DNA of 64,000 bases, taken from the NCBI GenBank assembly GCA_964016885.1, contig OZ024748.1:37634001-37698000 (forward strand). Reading direction: 5' to 3'. Origin of the DNA: Eledone cirrhosa (lineage: Eukaryota). The position numbers were made by a program, and so were the translations under genes. The notes under the pieces are model-generated. The model was given only the letters and a program-made list of their open reading frames with translations, was not told the origin of the DNA and did no database searches. Below are positions 43,101 to 55,519 of this stretch, in pieces (the first letter of the stretch is position 1; each line of letters starts with the position of its first letter).

Positions 43101-45738
43101 CCTGTTTATATATATTGTGTATGTGTGCCTGTGTATATATATTATGTATGTGTGCTTGTGTATATATATTGTGTATGTGTGCCTGTGTATATATATTATG
43201 TGTGTGTGCCTGTGTATATATGTTGTGTGTGCCTGTGTATATATATTGTGTATGTGTGCCTGTATATATATATTTGTATGTGTGCCTGTGTATATATATT
43301 GTGTATGTGTGCCTGTGTATATATATTTGTATGTGTGCCTGTGTATATATATTTGTATGTGTGCCTGTGTATATATATTGTGTATGTGTGCCTGTGTATA
43401 TATATTGTGTATGTGTGCCTGGGTATATATATATTGTGTATGTGTGCCTGTGTATATATATTTGTATATGTGTGCCTGTGTATATATATTGTGTATGTGT
43501 GCCTGTGTATATATATTGTGTATGTGTGCCTGTGTATATATATATATTGTGTACGTGTGCCTGTGTATATATATATATTGTGTATGTGTGCCTGTGTATA
43601 TATATATATATTGTGTATGTGTGCCTGTGTATATATATATATTGTGTATGTGTGCCTGTGTATATATATTTGTATATGTGTGCCTGTGTATATATATTGT
43701 GTATGTGTGCCTGTGTATATATATTTGTATATGTGTGCCTGTGTATATATATTGTGTATGTGTGCCTGTGTATATATATTGTGTATGTGTGCCTGTGTAT
43801 ATATATATATTGTGTATGTGTGCCTGTGTATATATATTATGTATGCGTGCCTGTGTATATATATTGTGTATGTGTGCCTGTATATATATATTTGTATGTG
43901 TGCCTGTGTATATATATTGTGTATGTGTGCCTGTGTATATATATTGTGTATGTGTGCCTGTGTATATATATTGTGTATGTGTGCCTGTGTATATATATTG
44001 TGTATGTGTGCTTGTGTATATATATTGTGTATGTGTACCTGTGTATATATATTATGTATGTGTGCCTGTGTATATATATTGTGTATGTGTGCCTGTATAT
44101 ATATATGTGTATGTGTGCCTGTGTATATATATTGTTTATGTGTGCCTGTGTATATATATTTGTATATGTGTGCCTGTGTATATATATTGTGTATGTGTGC
44201 CTATGTATATATATTATGTGTGCCTGTGTATATATATTGTGTATGTGTGCCTGTGTATATATATTGTGTATGTGTGCCTGTGTATATATATTATGTATGT
44301 GTGCCTGTGTATATATATATATTGTGTATGTGTGCCTGTGTATATATATTGTGTATGTGTGCCTGTATATATATATTATGTATGTGTGCCTGTGTATATA
44401 CATTATGTTTGTGTGCCTGTGTATATATATTGTGTATGTGTGCTTGTGTATATATATTGTGTATGTGTGCCTGTGTATATAGTTTGTGTATGTGTGCCTG
44501 TGTATATATATATTATGTATGCGTGCCTGTGTATATATATTGTGTATGTGTGCCTGTATATATATATTTGTATGTGTGCCTGTGTATATATATTGTGTAT
44601 GTGTGCCTGTGTATATATATTGTGTATGTGTGCCTGTGTATATATATTGTGTATGTGTGCCTGTGTATATATATTGTGTATGTGTGCTTGTGTATATATA
44701 TTGTGTATGTGTACCTGTGTATATATATTATGTATGTGTGCCTGTGTATATATATTGTGTATGTGTGCCTGTGTATATATATGTGTATGTGTGCTTGTGT
44801 ATATATATTGTGTATGGGTACCTGTGTATATATATTTGTATGTATGCCTATGTATATATATATTGTGTATGTGTGCCTGTGTATATATGTTGTGTATGTG
44901 TGTCTGTGTATATATATTGTGTATGTGTGCCTGTGTATATATATTTGTATGTGTGCCTGTGTATATATATTGTGTATGTGTGGCTGTGTATATAGTTTGT
45001 GTATGTGTGCCTGTGTATATATATTATGTATGCGTGCCTGTGTACATATATTGTGTATGTGTGCCTGTATATATATATTTGTATGTGTGCCTGTGTATAT
45101 ATATTGTGTATGTGTGCCTGTGTATATATATTGTGTATGTGTGCCTGTGTATATATATTGTGTATGTGTGCCTGTGTATATATATTGTGTATGTGTGCTT
45201 GTGTATATATATTGTGTATGTGTACCTGTGTATATATATTATGTATGTGTGCCTGTGTATATATATTGTGTATGTGTGCCTGTGTATATATATGTGTATG
45301 TGTGCCTGTGTATATATATTGTTTATGTGTGCCTGTGTATATATATTTGTATGTATGCCTATGTATATATATTGTGTATGTGTGCCTGTGTATATATGTT
45401 GTGTATGTGTGCCTGTGTATATATATTGTGTATGTGTGCCTGTGTATATATATTTGTATGTGTGCCTGTGTATATATATTATGTATGTGTGCCTGTGTAT
45501 ATATATTGTGTATGTGTGCCTGTGTATATATATTGTGTATGTGTGCCTGTGTATACATATTGTGTATGTGTGCCTGTGTATATATATTTGTATGTGTGCC
45601 TGTGTATATATATTATGTATGTGTGCCTGTGTATATATATTATGTATGTGTGCCTGTGTATATATATTGTGTATGTGTGCCTGTGTATATATATTTGTAT
45701 GTGTGCCTGTGTATATATATTATGTATGTGTGCCTGTG
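37102..45738. repeat. 27-bp minisatellite/satellite (GTGTATGTGTGCCTGTGTATATATATT)n, left part
   Basis: Directly visible tandem units with a variable (TA) tract; 9-aa periodic translations (YIYCVCVPV). Confidence 0.97.
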
Positions 45739-48700
45739 GTATGACATTAAACTACATCCAGTGGCAAGGCTCCAGTTCGGGAGTTCAGGACATGTGGGGA
45801 ATGTGGAGTTACCCCTTAGTTGTCATGACTCCCAGGTCTGCCCTGGCCCGGGGTGGTAGTACCTGTTAGGGCTCCATTTATGGGTTAAATAACTACCTTA
45901 TTCGAGTGGCGCCGGTAAGGTATTGCCAGCCATTGAAAAGAAATATGGAGAGCCGATCTAACAGAACCAGGGTTAGAGCCCCTAATTACACTGTCAAGGA
46001 GCAGCCTGGTCGTTATGACTCTGCTGGCTTAGAGCCACAGAGAGGGCCAGTGGATGATGGATCAGCTGTCTCTGAGACAAATATAAAGAATGCAGTTTTG
46101 TCCTGCAGAAGATCCATCAAAATGGGCACTTTGAATGTGAGGACTATTCGAACGCTGGAGAAGAGAGAGGAGTTGGGACATCTGTTCGAGGAGAGTGGTA
46201 TACAGATACTTGCGATCCAAGAACACAGGATTCTACACGATGAGCCTATGAGGAGTGTGATGATTGGGAGGAAGAGCCAGCTCATCACTACATCGGCAGT
46301 GAAGAACACAACAAATGCTGCAGTAGGAGGAGTGGGTTTTGTGTTCAGTGCAAAAACCAATCTGTTGGTGAGGGAAATAATGCCTATCTCCCCGCGAGTG
46401 TTGAGGGTGACCTTCAATGGAAACCCAAGACTGACAGTCATCTCAGCCTATAGTCCAACCGAGGGGGACAGTGATGTGAATGCCGGGGAGTTCCATGAGG
46501 AGGTGTGTAGAGCTGTCAACACCACTCAGGCACACAATATCCTGCTTGTTTTGGGGGACTTCAATGCACATCTGAGTAAGGAGGGCAGTGAAGATCCTTG
46601 CTGGTACTTCCATAACAACACCAACCGAAATGGAAGACTACTGAGAGACACCCTGCTGGAGGCGAACTTGATGGCGACCAACCTAAGGTTTAGGAAGAAT
46701 CTGGGGAAGATGTGGACCTACATCTCAGATATGCACCTGTCCATGTCCCAGATTGATTTCATTCTGGTGAGGAAAAAGTGGCGGAATAGTGTTCTGAACA
46801 CGGAACCATACAGCTATTTCAGTACACTGGGTAGTGACCACCGGCTTGTTATGAGTGAGGTCCGCGTGAGCTTAAGAAAGAGCAAGGCTCAGCCCCGGAG
46901 AACAATCTATGACTGGGGAGCTTTCAAGGAAGATGATAAGCTACAGGAGAGGTTCACAGTGGAAGTGAGAAACAGGTTTAGTGCTCTGTGTGGAGAGTCA
47001 GAGGAGAGAGAGATTGGATGGACTGAGGAGAGTGTGACGAGGAGGTACGGGCACTTCACCAATGCAGTGGCGAAAGCAAGTGAAACCCTGGTGCCGAGGA
47101 AAAGGAACAAAGGGAAGCACGTCAGCTCTGCAAACCCAAAAGTGTGTGCAGCCAGAGAACACCTGAAAGCTGCCAGGGACCAATTCTATGCTGATCCTAC
47201 GGAGGAGAGGTTGGAGACTGTGGAGGTGATGAGGGAAGAGCTCTGTACCGCTTACACTGAGGTCAGAGAGGAGGCACTGATAGAGAAGATCAGAAGTGTG
47301 GAGAGAGCGGTTGACAGATCTGGATGTAAGGAGAGCTGGATGATCATCAACGAGATCACAGGGAGGAAGAAAAGGTGTTCGAGTCAGATCCAGGGAATGG
47401 GGCCCGAGGATAGGAAGAGGAAATGGCTAGACCATTTTAGGACCCTACTAGGAGAGCCACCCTCCACAGCCCAGAGCACTGGGGAGATCAGGCGGCTGTT
47501 TGAGGAACTGGATGTTGAGACAGAGCCCTTCACCAGAGAGGAGCTTCAGAGAGCCAAGAAGAAGACCAAGGAGGGCAAGGCTCATGGAGAAGATGGAGTG
47601 GCATCAGAGGTGATGAAGAGGTGTGATTTTGATGATATCATCCTGGGGTTCTGTAACGGGGCACTGGAGAAAGGAGTTGCCCCGAATCAGTGGAGGATCA
47701 GTAACATCGTCCCAGTGCCAAATAAGGGAGATCTCTCTAACACCAACAACTACCGGGGGATCTCACTGACGTCACTTGTGGCAAAGACCCTCAACAGGAT
47801 GATTCTTAACAGGATCCAGCCTGAGATGGAGAAGAAGCTCAGGGACAACCAGAACGGCTTCAGAGAGGGTAGATCAACCACCAGTCACATCCTGATGCTG
47901 AGGAGGATATTAGAGGGAGCTAGAGCAAAGTGCCTTCCTGCGGTCATGGTTTTCATTGACTTTAGGAAGGCCTTTGATTCTGTGGACAGTTACTGCCTGA
48001 TGAAGATCTTACAGGCTTATGGAATCCCCAAGAGGATAGTGGACCTGATATCACTGCTCTACACCAAGACCAAAGCCCAAGTCATTACACCTGATGGGAT
48101 GACAGAGTTCTTTGAGATACTGGCTGGAGTGCTCCAGGGAGATACATTGGCTCCCTACCTTTTTATCATCGTAGTGGACTATTGTATGCGCCTTGCACTG
48201 GAGAAACACCAGGACTCTGGCTTTACTGTAGCACCGGCTCAGAGCAGGAGAGTTGGGGCGAAAAAGGTATCGGATGCTGAATTTGCCGACGACATAGTTG
48301 TGGTGACAAATACAGTGAAGGAGGCAGAGGATTTGATGCGGGAGGTTGAGACTGTGTCGATGAGTGTGGGGCTGAGAATGAATGAGACTAAAACAAAATA
48401 TCTGGTAGAGAATGTTGAGAAGCCAGAGGGGATCACTAATGTAGGCGGGAAGCCGCTGGAATTGGTTGAGGACTTCCTGTATTTGGGAGCAAAGATTGGA
48501 AATACGGAAGATGATGTGGTTGAGAGGAAGAGCAAGGCCTGGGCGGCGTGTCACAGCTTGAGTTCGGTGTGGAAGTCGGACCTTCGTAGAGACCTGAAAA
48601 TCCGCCTCTTCATTGCTGTAGTGGAGTCTGTGCTGCTGTATGGGTCTGAGACTTGGACACTGACCAAGAGACTCACTCAGATGGTGGATGGGTGCTACAC

Positions 48701-49040
48701 GAGAATGCTGAGGATGGCTCTGAACATTAATCAGTATACACTGAGGATGAAAAACTCAGAGCTGTATGGGAGCATCCCAAAAGTCAGCTCAAAAGTGACA
48801 CAGAGGAGACTGAGGTTGGCTGGACATGCTCACCGACATCCAGAGTTGACATTGCACTCAGTGCTCCTTTGGGAGCCCCTACATGGACACACTAGAAGGG
48901 GAAGACCAAGGTTAACATATGTTGATGCCCTAAGGACAGATACTGGTCTGTTGGAGATGCAGGATATGGCAGCGATAATGAGGGACAGAGACCGCTGGAG
49001 AGAACTCGTCCATGGATCTCGGGAATTTTACCCGCCTTAG
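45739..49040 (+). mobile_element. Intact, apparently young RTE-clade LINE inserted in the 27-bp satellite
   Basis: 3302-bp GC-richer insert: ~200-bp leader plus an uninterrupted ORF. ATGTGTGCCTGTG is duplicated at 45726-45738 and 49041-49053, a 13-bp TSD seen as a phase duplication of the satellite unit. Confidence 0.93.
45945..49040 (+). CDS. RTE-clade APE endonuclease/reverse transcriptase polyprotein (~1031 aa from first ATG)
   Basis: Motifs MGTLNVRT, LAIQEHR, SAYSPT, GDFNAH, IDFILV, SDHRLV (APE); NYRGISL, QNGFR, FIDFRKAFDSV, GVLQGDTLAPYLF, FADD, FLYLG, LLYGSETW, RLRLAGH, GRP (RT and RTE-type C-terminus). No stops or frameshifts. Confidence 0.95.
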   Translation: MESRSNRTRVRAPNYTVKEQPGRYDSAGLEPQRGPVDDGSAVSETNIKNAVLSCRRSIKMGTLNVRTIRTLEKREELGHLFEESGIQILAIQEHRILHDEPMRSVMIGRKSQLITTSAVKNTTNAAVGGVGFVFSAKTNLLVREIMPISPRVLRVTFNGNPRLTVISAYSPTEGDSDVNAGEFHEEVCRAVNTTQAHNILLVLGDFNAHLSKEGSEDPCWYFHNNTNRNGRLLRDTLLEANLMATNLRFRKNLGKMWTYISDMHLSMSQIDFILVRKKWRNSVLNTEPYSYFSTLGSDHRLVMSEVRVSLRKSKAQPRRTIYDWGAFKEDDKLQERFTVEVRNRFSALCGESEEREIGWTEESVTRRYGHFTNAVAKASETLVPRKRNKGKHVSSANPKVCAAREHLKAARDQFYADPTEERLETVEVMREELCTAYTEVREEALIEKIRSVERAVDRSGCKESWMIINEITGRKKRCSSQIQGMGPEDRKRKWLDHFRTLLGEPPSTAQSTGEIRRLFEELDVETEPFTREELQRAKKKTKEGKAHGEDGVASEVMKRCDFDDIILGFCNGALEKGVAPNQWRISNIVPVPNKGDLSNTNNYRGISLTSLVAKTLNRMILNRIQPEMEKKLRDNQNGFREGRSTTSHILMLRRILEGARAKCLPAVMVFIDFRKAFDSVDSYCLMKILQAYGIPKRIVDLISLLYTKTKAQVITPDGMTEFFEILAGVLQGDTLAPYLFIIVVDYCMRLALEKHQDSGFTVAPAQSRRVGAKKVSDAEFADDIVVVTNTVKEAEDLMREVETVSMSVGLRMNETKTKYLVENVEKPEGITNVGGKPLELVEDFLYLGAKIGNTEDDVVERKSKAWAACHSLSSVWKSDLRRDLKIRLFIAVVESVLLYGSETWTLTKRLTQMVDGCYTRMLRMALNINQYTLRMKNSELYGSIPKVSSKVTQRRLRLAGHAHRHPELTLHSVLLWEPLHGHTRRGRPRLTYVDALRTDTGLLEMQDMAAIMRDRDRWRELVHGSREFYPP

Positions 49041-50753
49041 ATGTGTGCCTGTGTATATATATTGTGTATGTGTGCGTGTGTATATATATATGTGTATGTG
49101 TGCCTGTGTATATATATTGTGTATGTGTGCCTGTGTATATATATTTGTATGTGTGCCTGTGTATATATATTATGTATGTGTGCCTGTATATATATATTGT
49201 GTATGTGTGCCTGTGTATATATATTTGTATGTGTGCCTGTGTATATATATTTGTATGTGTGCCTGTGTATATATATTGTGTATGTGTGCCTGTGTATTTA
49301 TATGTTGTATGTGTGCCTGTGTATATATATTATGTATGTGTGCCTGTGTATATATATTGTGTATGTGTGCCTGTGTATATATATGTGTATGTGTGCCTGT
49401 GTATATATATTGTGTATGTGTGCCTGTGTATATATATTTGTATGTGTGCCTGTGTATATATATTATGTATGTGTGCCTGTGTATATATATTTGTAAGTGT
49501 GCCTGTGTATATATATTATGTATGTGTGCCTATGTATATATATTGTGTATGTGTGCCTGTGTATATATATTGTGTATGTGTGCCTGTGTATATATATTGT
49601 GTATGTGTGCCTGTGTATATATATTGTGTATGTGTGCCTGTGTATATATATTGTGTATGTGTGCCTGTGTATATATATTGTGTATGTGTGCCTGTGTATA
49701 TATATTGTGTATGTGTGCCTGTGTATATATATTGTGTATGTGTGCCTGTGTATATATATTTGTATGTGTGCCTGTGTATATATATTGTGTATGTGTGCCT
49801 GTGTATATATATTTGTATGTGTGCCTGTGTATATATATTGTGTATGTGTGCCTGTGTATATATATTGTGTATGTGTGCCTGTGTATATATATTGTGTATG
49901 TGTGCCTGTGTATATATATTGTGTATGTGTGCCTGTGTATATATATTGTGTATGTGTGCCTGTGTATATATATTGTGTATGTGTGCCTGTGTATATATAT
50001 TGTGTATGTGTGCCTGTGTATATATATTGTGTATGTGTGCCTGTGTATATATATTGTGTATGTGTGCCTGTGTATATATATTGTGTATGTGTGCCTGTGT
50101 ATATATATTGTGTATGTGTGCCTGTGTATATATATTGTGTATGTGTGCCTGTGTATATATATTGTGTATGTGTGCCTGTGTATATATATTGTGTATGTGT
50201 GCCTGTGTATATATATTGTGTATGTGTGCCTGTGTATATATATTGTGTATGTGTGCCTGTGTATATATATTGTGTATGTGTGCCTGTGTATATATATTGT
50301 GTATGTGTGCCTGTGTATATATATTGTGTATGTGTGCCTGTGTATATATATTGTGTATGTGTGCCTGTGTATATATATTGTGTATGTGTGCCTGTGTATA
50401 TATATTTGTATGTGTGCCTGTGTATATATATTGTGTATGTGTGCCTGTGTATATATATTTGTATGTGTGCCTGTGTATATATATTGTGTATGTGTGCCTG
50501 TGTATATATATTGTGTATGTGTGCCTGTGTATATATATTGTGTATGTGTGCCTGTGTATATATATTGTGTATGTGTGCCTGTGTATATATATTGTGTATG
50601 TGTGCCTGTGTATATATATTGTGTATGTGTGCCTGTGTATATATATTGTGTATGTGTGCCTGTGTATATATATTGTGTATGTGTGCCTGTGTATATATAT
50701 TGTGTATGTGTGCCTGTGTATATATATTGTGTATGTGTGCCTGTGTATATATG
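49041..50753. repeat. 27-bp minisatellite, right part (highly homogeneous)
   Basis: Same unit as 37102-45738; long runs of perfect copies from ~49800. Confidence 0.97.
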
Positions 50754-50849
50754 TCGATATCTAGAGTTGTGTCTGTGAGGCAGAAGTTAATTTAATTACA
50801 CAGGCAACGGAAACAAACAGTTCCTACGTGGAGTGTCGTCTGCTCACTG

Positions 50850-51788
50850 GTACACTGACACACATACATACACTGACAATGACACACACATATACACACA
50901 CATACACACATTCATACACTGTCTCATACACTGTCACATACACATACATACACCTACATACACACACATACATACACACACTGACACACATACATACACA
51001 CACTGACACACACATACATACACACACTGACACACACCTACATACACAGACTGACACATACACACACTGACACACACCTACATACTCCTACATACACACA
51101 CATACACACATACATACATACACTGACCCACACATACACACAGTGACACACACATACACATACATACACACACTGACACACACATATATACACACACTGA
51201 CACACACATACATACACACACTGACACACACCTACATACACCTACATACACACACATACTTACACACACCTACATACACACCGTAACACACACATACACA
51301 CATGCATACATACACTGACCCACACATACACACAGTGACACACACATACACATACATACACACACACACTGACACACACATACATACACCTACATACACA
51401 TACACACACCTACATACACACACACATACACTGACATACACATACATACACACACTGAGCCACACAATCCACATATCTCTATACATATTTATATATATAT
51501 TTATTATGTGTGCATGTGTGTAAAAGTGTGTATGTGTAAGTGTGTGTGTAAAGGTGTGTATGTGTATGTGTGTGTAAAGGTATGTATGTGTATGTGTGTA
51601 AAGGTGTGTATGTGTATGTGTGTGTGTAAAGGTGTGTATGTGTGTGTGTGTGTGTAAAGGTGTGTATGTGTATGTGTGTTTGTAAAGGCGTGTATGTGTG
51701 TAAAGGTGTGTATGTACGTTTAAGATTGTGCAAAGACCAAACGGTGCATATCTAGCGACCTCTTTCTCTCTGCCATTATAAATCTGTT

Positions 51789-51867
<79 letters not shown>

Positions 51868-51885
51868 TATATATATATATATATA
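50850..51885. repeat. Degenerate (CA)/(TG)-rich simple repeats incl. TGTGTAAAGGTGTGTATG-type units and (CA)n(TA)n
   Basis: Directly visible. Confidence 0.9.
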
Positions 51886-51886
51886 A

Positions 51887-53544
51887 TTATGGAATGGGAC
51901 TAATGAAGTTATTGACTGGTTTAAGGACATGAAATATAAACATAACAATAAATTCATTCAATTGGATATTACTAATTATTACTTAACTATCACTCCTAAT
52001 CTACTTAATAAATCCCTTACATATGCATTTAAATATACAGATTTAACTAGCAATGAAATGCACATTATCTTAACTGCACGTAAAACATTAATTAAATTTA
52101 ACAACCATCTTTGGACTAGAGCAGATAGGAGTATGGGATCATCGGACTCGGCGCAATTAACGGATCTTGTGGGGCTTTTTATTAACAATACTTTACATAG
52201 GAAAATACCGGAGATGACCGGTGGTTTATATCGTGACGATATGCTATTACTTATTGAAAATAATAATAATTGTGAAATAAATAGGAAAAGAAAAGAAATT
52301 ATACAATTTTTAATAGCGTTAATCTTAAAGTAGAAGTAGAGAATAATTATAAAATAGTTAATTTTTTTAGATGTACTTTATTGGCAGTATCGGTAGAGGG
52401 TCGGACGCCATGCTTTCCAGCATAGTTACGTCCCTTTACGATCTGAGTTCAAATCCCGCCGAGGTTGACTTTGCCTTTCCTCCTTACGGGGTCGATAAAA
52501 TAAAGTACCAGTAATGCACTGGGTAATTGCTGGCCTTGGGCCTAAAGTAGAAACAATTATCCATTTCATAAAATAAATGAGAATTTAAACTATGTTAACT
52601 TTTATTCCAATCACCCCAGATCCGTTAAAAACACTATTGTAAATTCTGTGCAGCAACGTATTTCTAGAATTTCAGCGAATAAAAGTATATTTGAAGATAA
52701 GACACAATATTATAACGAAGCGTTAGGTAGAGCAGGCTATAGTAATGAAATTAAATACATTGACAATAAGGATGTGCCAATTAACCTTAACTATAATTAT
52801 AATAAGAAACATTGCACTAACTCGAAAATCAAAAGAACAATTAGAACTAGAAATATATTATGGTTCGCTACCCCTTTCTCATTAAGTATTAAAACTCCAA
52901 TAGCTAAACTATTCTTTAAAGCTCTAGATAAGTGCTTTCCTAAGACACACAGGTATTACTCAATCTTTAATAGACATACTATTAAACTCTCATATTCCAA
53001 TTTAGCGCAGAATATTAATAGAATTAATAATAGAAACTTAAAACCTAACCAGAATAGCATTAATAACCCTAGCAATATCCAATATAATGTTACGGCTCCC
53101 AATAATATAAACTCAGATAAATGTAATTGTAGAAATAAATCTAACTGTCCTCTAAATAATAATTGTTTAGTTAAAAATATAGTATAAAATTGTAATGTCA
53201 AAACAAATGAAAACTCCTTTAACTATGTCGGCTCTACTTCCACAGACTTCAAATCTCGCTTTAATAACCATAAATGTTTCTTTACGAATATTGGTAAAAA
53301 ATCTTCAACTTCTCTATCTAACTTATTATGGGACTTAAAATCCAAGAATATTAACTATTCTCTACTTTGGAAAATTATTTCCAAATCTCCTTCATACACG
53401 GCTCTATCCAAAAATTGCTCCCTTTGCGTTGAAGAAATATTCTTTATACTAAAAAGTAAGAACTCTATTAATTTGCGGAATAATTTATTTAGTTCATGTA
53501 AACATCGTTTAAACTCAACTTTTAAATATATATATAAAATGTAA
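51887..53544 (+). pseudogene. PLE reverse transcriptase-GIY-YIG endonuclease remnant
   Basis: RT: LWNGTNEVIDWF, FIQLDITNYY, MGSSDSAQLTDLVGL, GLYRDD, IVNFLDV, YVNFYSNHP, ILWFATPFS, IKLSYS. Linker: KCNCRNKSNCPLNNNCL. Reading through the TAA at 53185-53187 gives NIV*...NYVGSTSTDFKSRFNNH...TSLSNLLW...CSLCVEE...SSCKH (GIY-YIG). Disrupted by frameshifts and a SINE. Confidence 0.9.
52381..52560 (+). mobile_element. tRNA-derived SINE with Deu/Nin-type core, inserted in the PLE RT
   Basis: A-box-like TGGCAGTATCGG, B-box GAGTTCAAATCCC, core GCCTTTCCTCCTTACGGGGTCGATAAAATAAAGTACC. Closely related copy at 57961-58155. Confidence 0.8.
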
Positions 53545-54042
53545 TATATGATTTATCTCCTTTACATAATGTTTTCTATATCTGTATATGATTCATATAT
53601 ATTTAATTTACTTTCTATTACCTCTGCGTTTATTTGACTGCTTGAAACTCCTTTAAGAAAAACTTTTCTTGAAAAACTTACAGAAGGTTTTAGGAAAAAT
53701 CTTTTGAAAATTCCTTTGAAAGATATAGAAAAACCATTATTTTTATATCTTCAAATATTTTTATATTTTAACATTTTTATATCTTCAAACGTTTTTAATA
53801 TATATATATCCAATTGTTTATATATACGTGGAAAAACATATGTTTTTTATATATATGTGGAATAACCTTTGGTTTATGCTTTAAATATATTCTTAAGATA
53901 AAATTAAAATTTTTTTTAACCTTTTTAACCTTATAACATCTAATCCTTGGAGTCATTTGAGATCTTAAAACATCACTTCTAACTTCCTTTACACTTCCTT
54001 ACGTTTTTATAATATAATTAAGTGGTATTCCTTTGTAAACTC

Positions 54043-54665
54043 TCGTAAATTTTTCATAAATTTAGAATTATTTGGATGTTTAAATTTTGACTTACAACTT
54101 TTAATAAAATAAACTATACTAGATTTTCTCTAATGTAAAATACTATATATTTATTTAAATAATTTATAATCCTTAACATAGACATTTAAACTAATTATTA
54201 ATATTAAATTATTAAATTAAATCTTTAATATTAAGGCAAATTTTAATCTTTAATTTTGATTTCTAATTTTTAATTTTAATCTAATTTTTCAACCTATCAT
54301 TATAAGTACTTTTTCAAAACATAATGAACCCTGCATTATAAATATTATTTTTCGTAAATTTTTCATACATTTAGAATTATTTGGATGTTTAAATTTTGAC
54401 ATACAACTTTTAATAAAATAAACTATACTAGATTTTCTCTAATGTAAAATACTATATATTTATTTAAATAATTTATAATCCTTAACATAGACATTTAAAC
54501 TAATTATTAATATTAAATTATGAAATTAAATCTTTTATATTAAGGCAAATTTTAATTTTTAATCTTTAATTTTGATTTCTAATTTTTAATCTTAATCTAA
54601 TTTTACAACCTATCATTATAAGTACCTTTTCAAAACATAATGAACCCTGCATTATAAATATTATT
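54043..54665. repeat. Direct tandem duplication of a ~309-bp AT-rich segment in the PLE 3' region
   Basis: TCGTAAATTTTTCAT...GCATTATAAATATTATT starts at 54043 and again at 54352. Confidence 0.9.
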
Positions 54666-55040
54666 CTTCCACGTTAATATTATCTCTTCTTTCACTTAGA
54701 TATACTTACGCTGTCTATATTTATCCTTTGAAATTTATTTCTTCATGCACTCTATCTTCACTATCAATATATATAATCGTTTTTTTCTTTCCTCTTCTAT
54801 CTTTCTCCTTCCTTTTTCTTTTTTCTTTGTTTCTTTTTTTCTCTCTCCCTTACATATCATCTTCTTCCAACTGTTTAATTTAAATAAACCATTATCTCCT
54901 TTCGGACACTCATTTGCATACTCACTCATAACTTTATATTACCCTCAATAAATGTACTATCTCCACTATCCAGGAAGCTCCAACCGTTAAGGTTGTCTTT
55001 TTTTCCGGGTATGTCAATATTTATTTTTACATCAAATCTG

Positions 55041-55106
55041 TATTTTATCTGATGAAAGCGCACCATAATTTACCTTGGTTGCCCTTGAAATATGTATAAT
55101 AAAATA
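55041..55106 (+). ncRNA. Type I hammerhead ribozyme (PLE pLTR type)
   Basis: Stem I TATTTTAT(55041-48)/ATAAAATA(55099-106), perfect 8 bp; core CTGATGA (55049-55); stem II AAG.GCACCA/TGGTTGC.CTT; GAAA (55087-90); minimal stem III TATGTA; AUA cleavage triplet 55096-98. Confidence 0.85.
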
Positions 55107-55144
55107 AATATGGTTTTATAAATATAGTTTCCATTTATTAATAT

Positions 55145-55191
<47 letters not shown>

Positions 55192-55431
55192 TATATATAG
55201 AGTTATAAACTCAAACAGTCTTTTACAATTAAATAGCTCAAAGAAAGAGATATTTCTGAGCCGTGAAATACAAATGAATATATGATAAACACTAATACAA
55301 GTATATAAGTGTTTGTATTGCAAATGACCAAGTTAGCTAGATTGAAAAATACTAATTAAATTAATACAGTTTGCCTGTCTCTATTTAAAATAATAAATCA
55401 ATAAAAACAAACCCATATTGGCAATAGCCGT

Positions 55432-55519
55432 GATACCTGGACAAATTTAAATTTCAAAACTCAAATCTGTTTCGCAACAATAAGTGAAAATTCCATTTCT
55501 GTGCTCATCTGCAGTTATC
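55432..55519 (-). ncRNA. Hammerhead ribozyme-like motif (left palindrome arm), CAGAUGA core, long stem III, GUC site
   Basis: Mirror copy of 55798-55885; stem I GATAACTG/CAGGTATC (one mismatch). Confidence 0.7.

Larger units (their letters stand above)
51886..55150 (+). mobile_element. 5'-truncated Penelope-like element (PLE), Naiad-like, flanked by (TA)n, with pLTR hammerhead at its 3' end
   Basis: RT + GIY-YIG remnant, a long AT-rich 3' region, then a type I hammerhead at 55041-55106 followed by AATAAA and (TA)n. Both ends abut TA microsatellite. Confidence 0.85.

Noticed and set aside
33854-48554. Short antisense and alternative-frame ORFs within the two RTE elements
   Set aside because: Shadow ORFs of the LINE coding sequences with no motifs.
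37100-50795. Long Cys/Tyr/Ile/Val ORFs (up to 1659 aa)
   Set aside because: Translations of the 27-bp TG/TA-rich satellite, open in all three + frames.
52381-52460. tRNA gene (A/B boxes)
   Set aside because: No cloverleaf; it continues into a SINE core repeated three times in the window.
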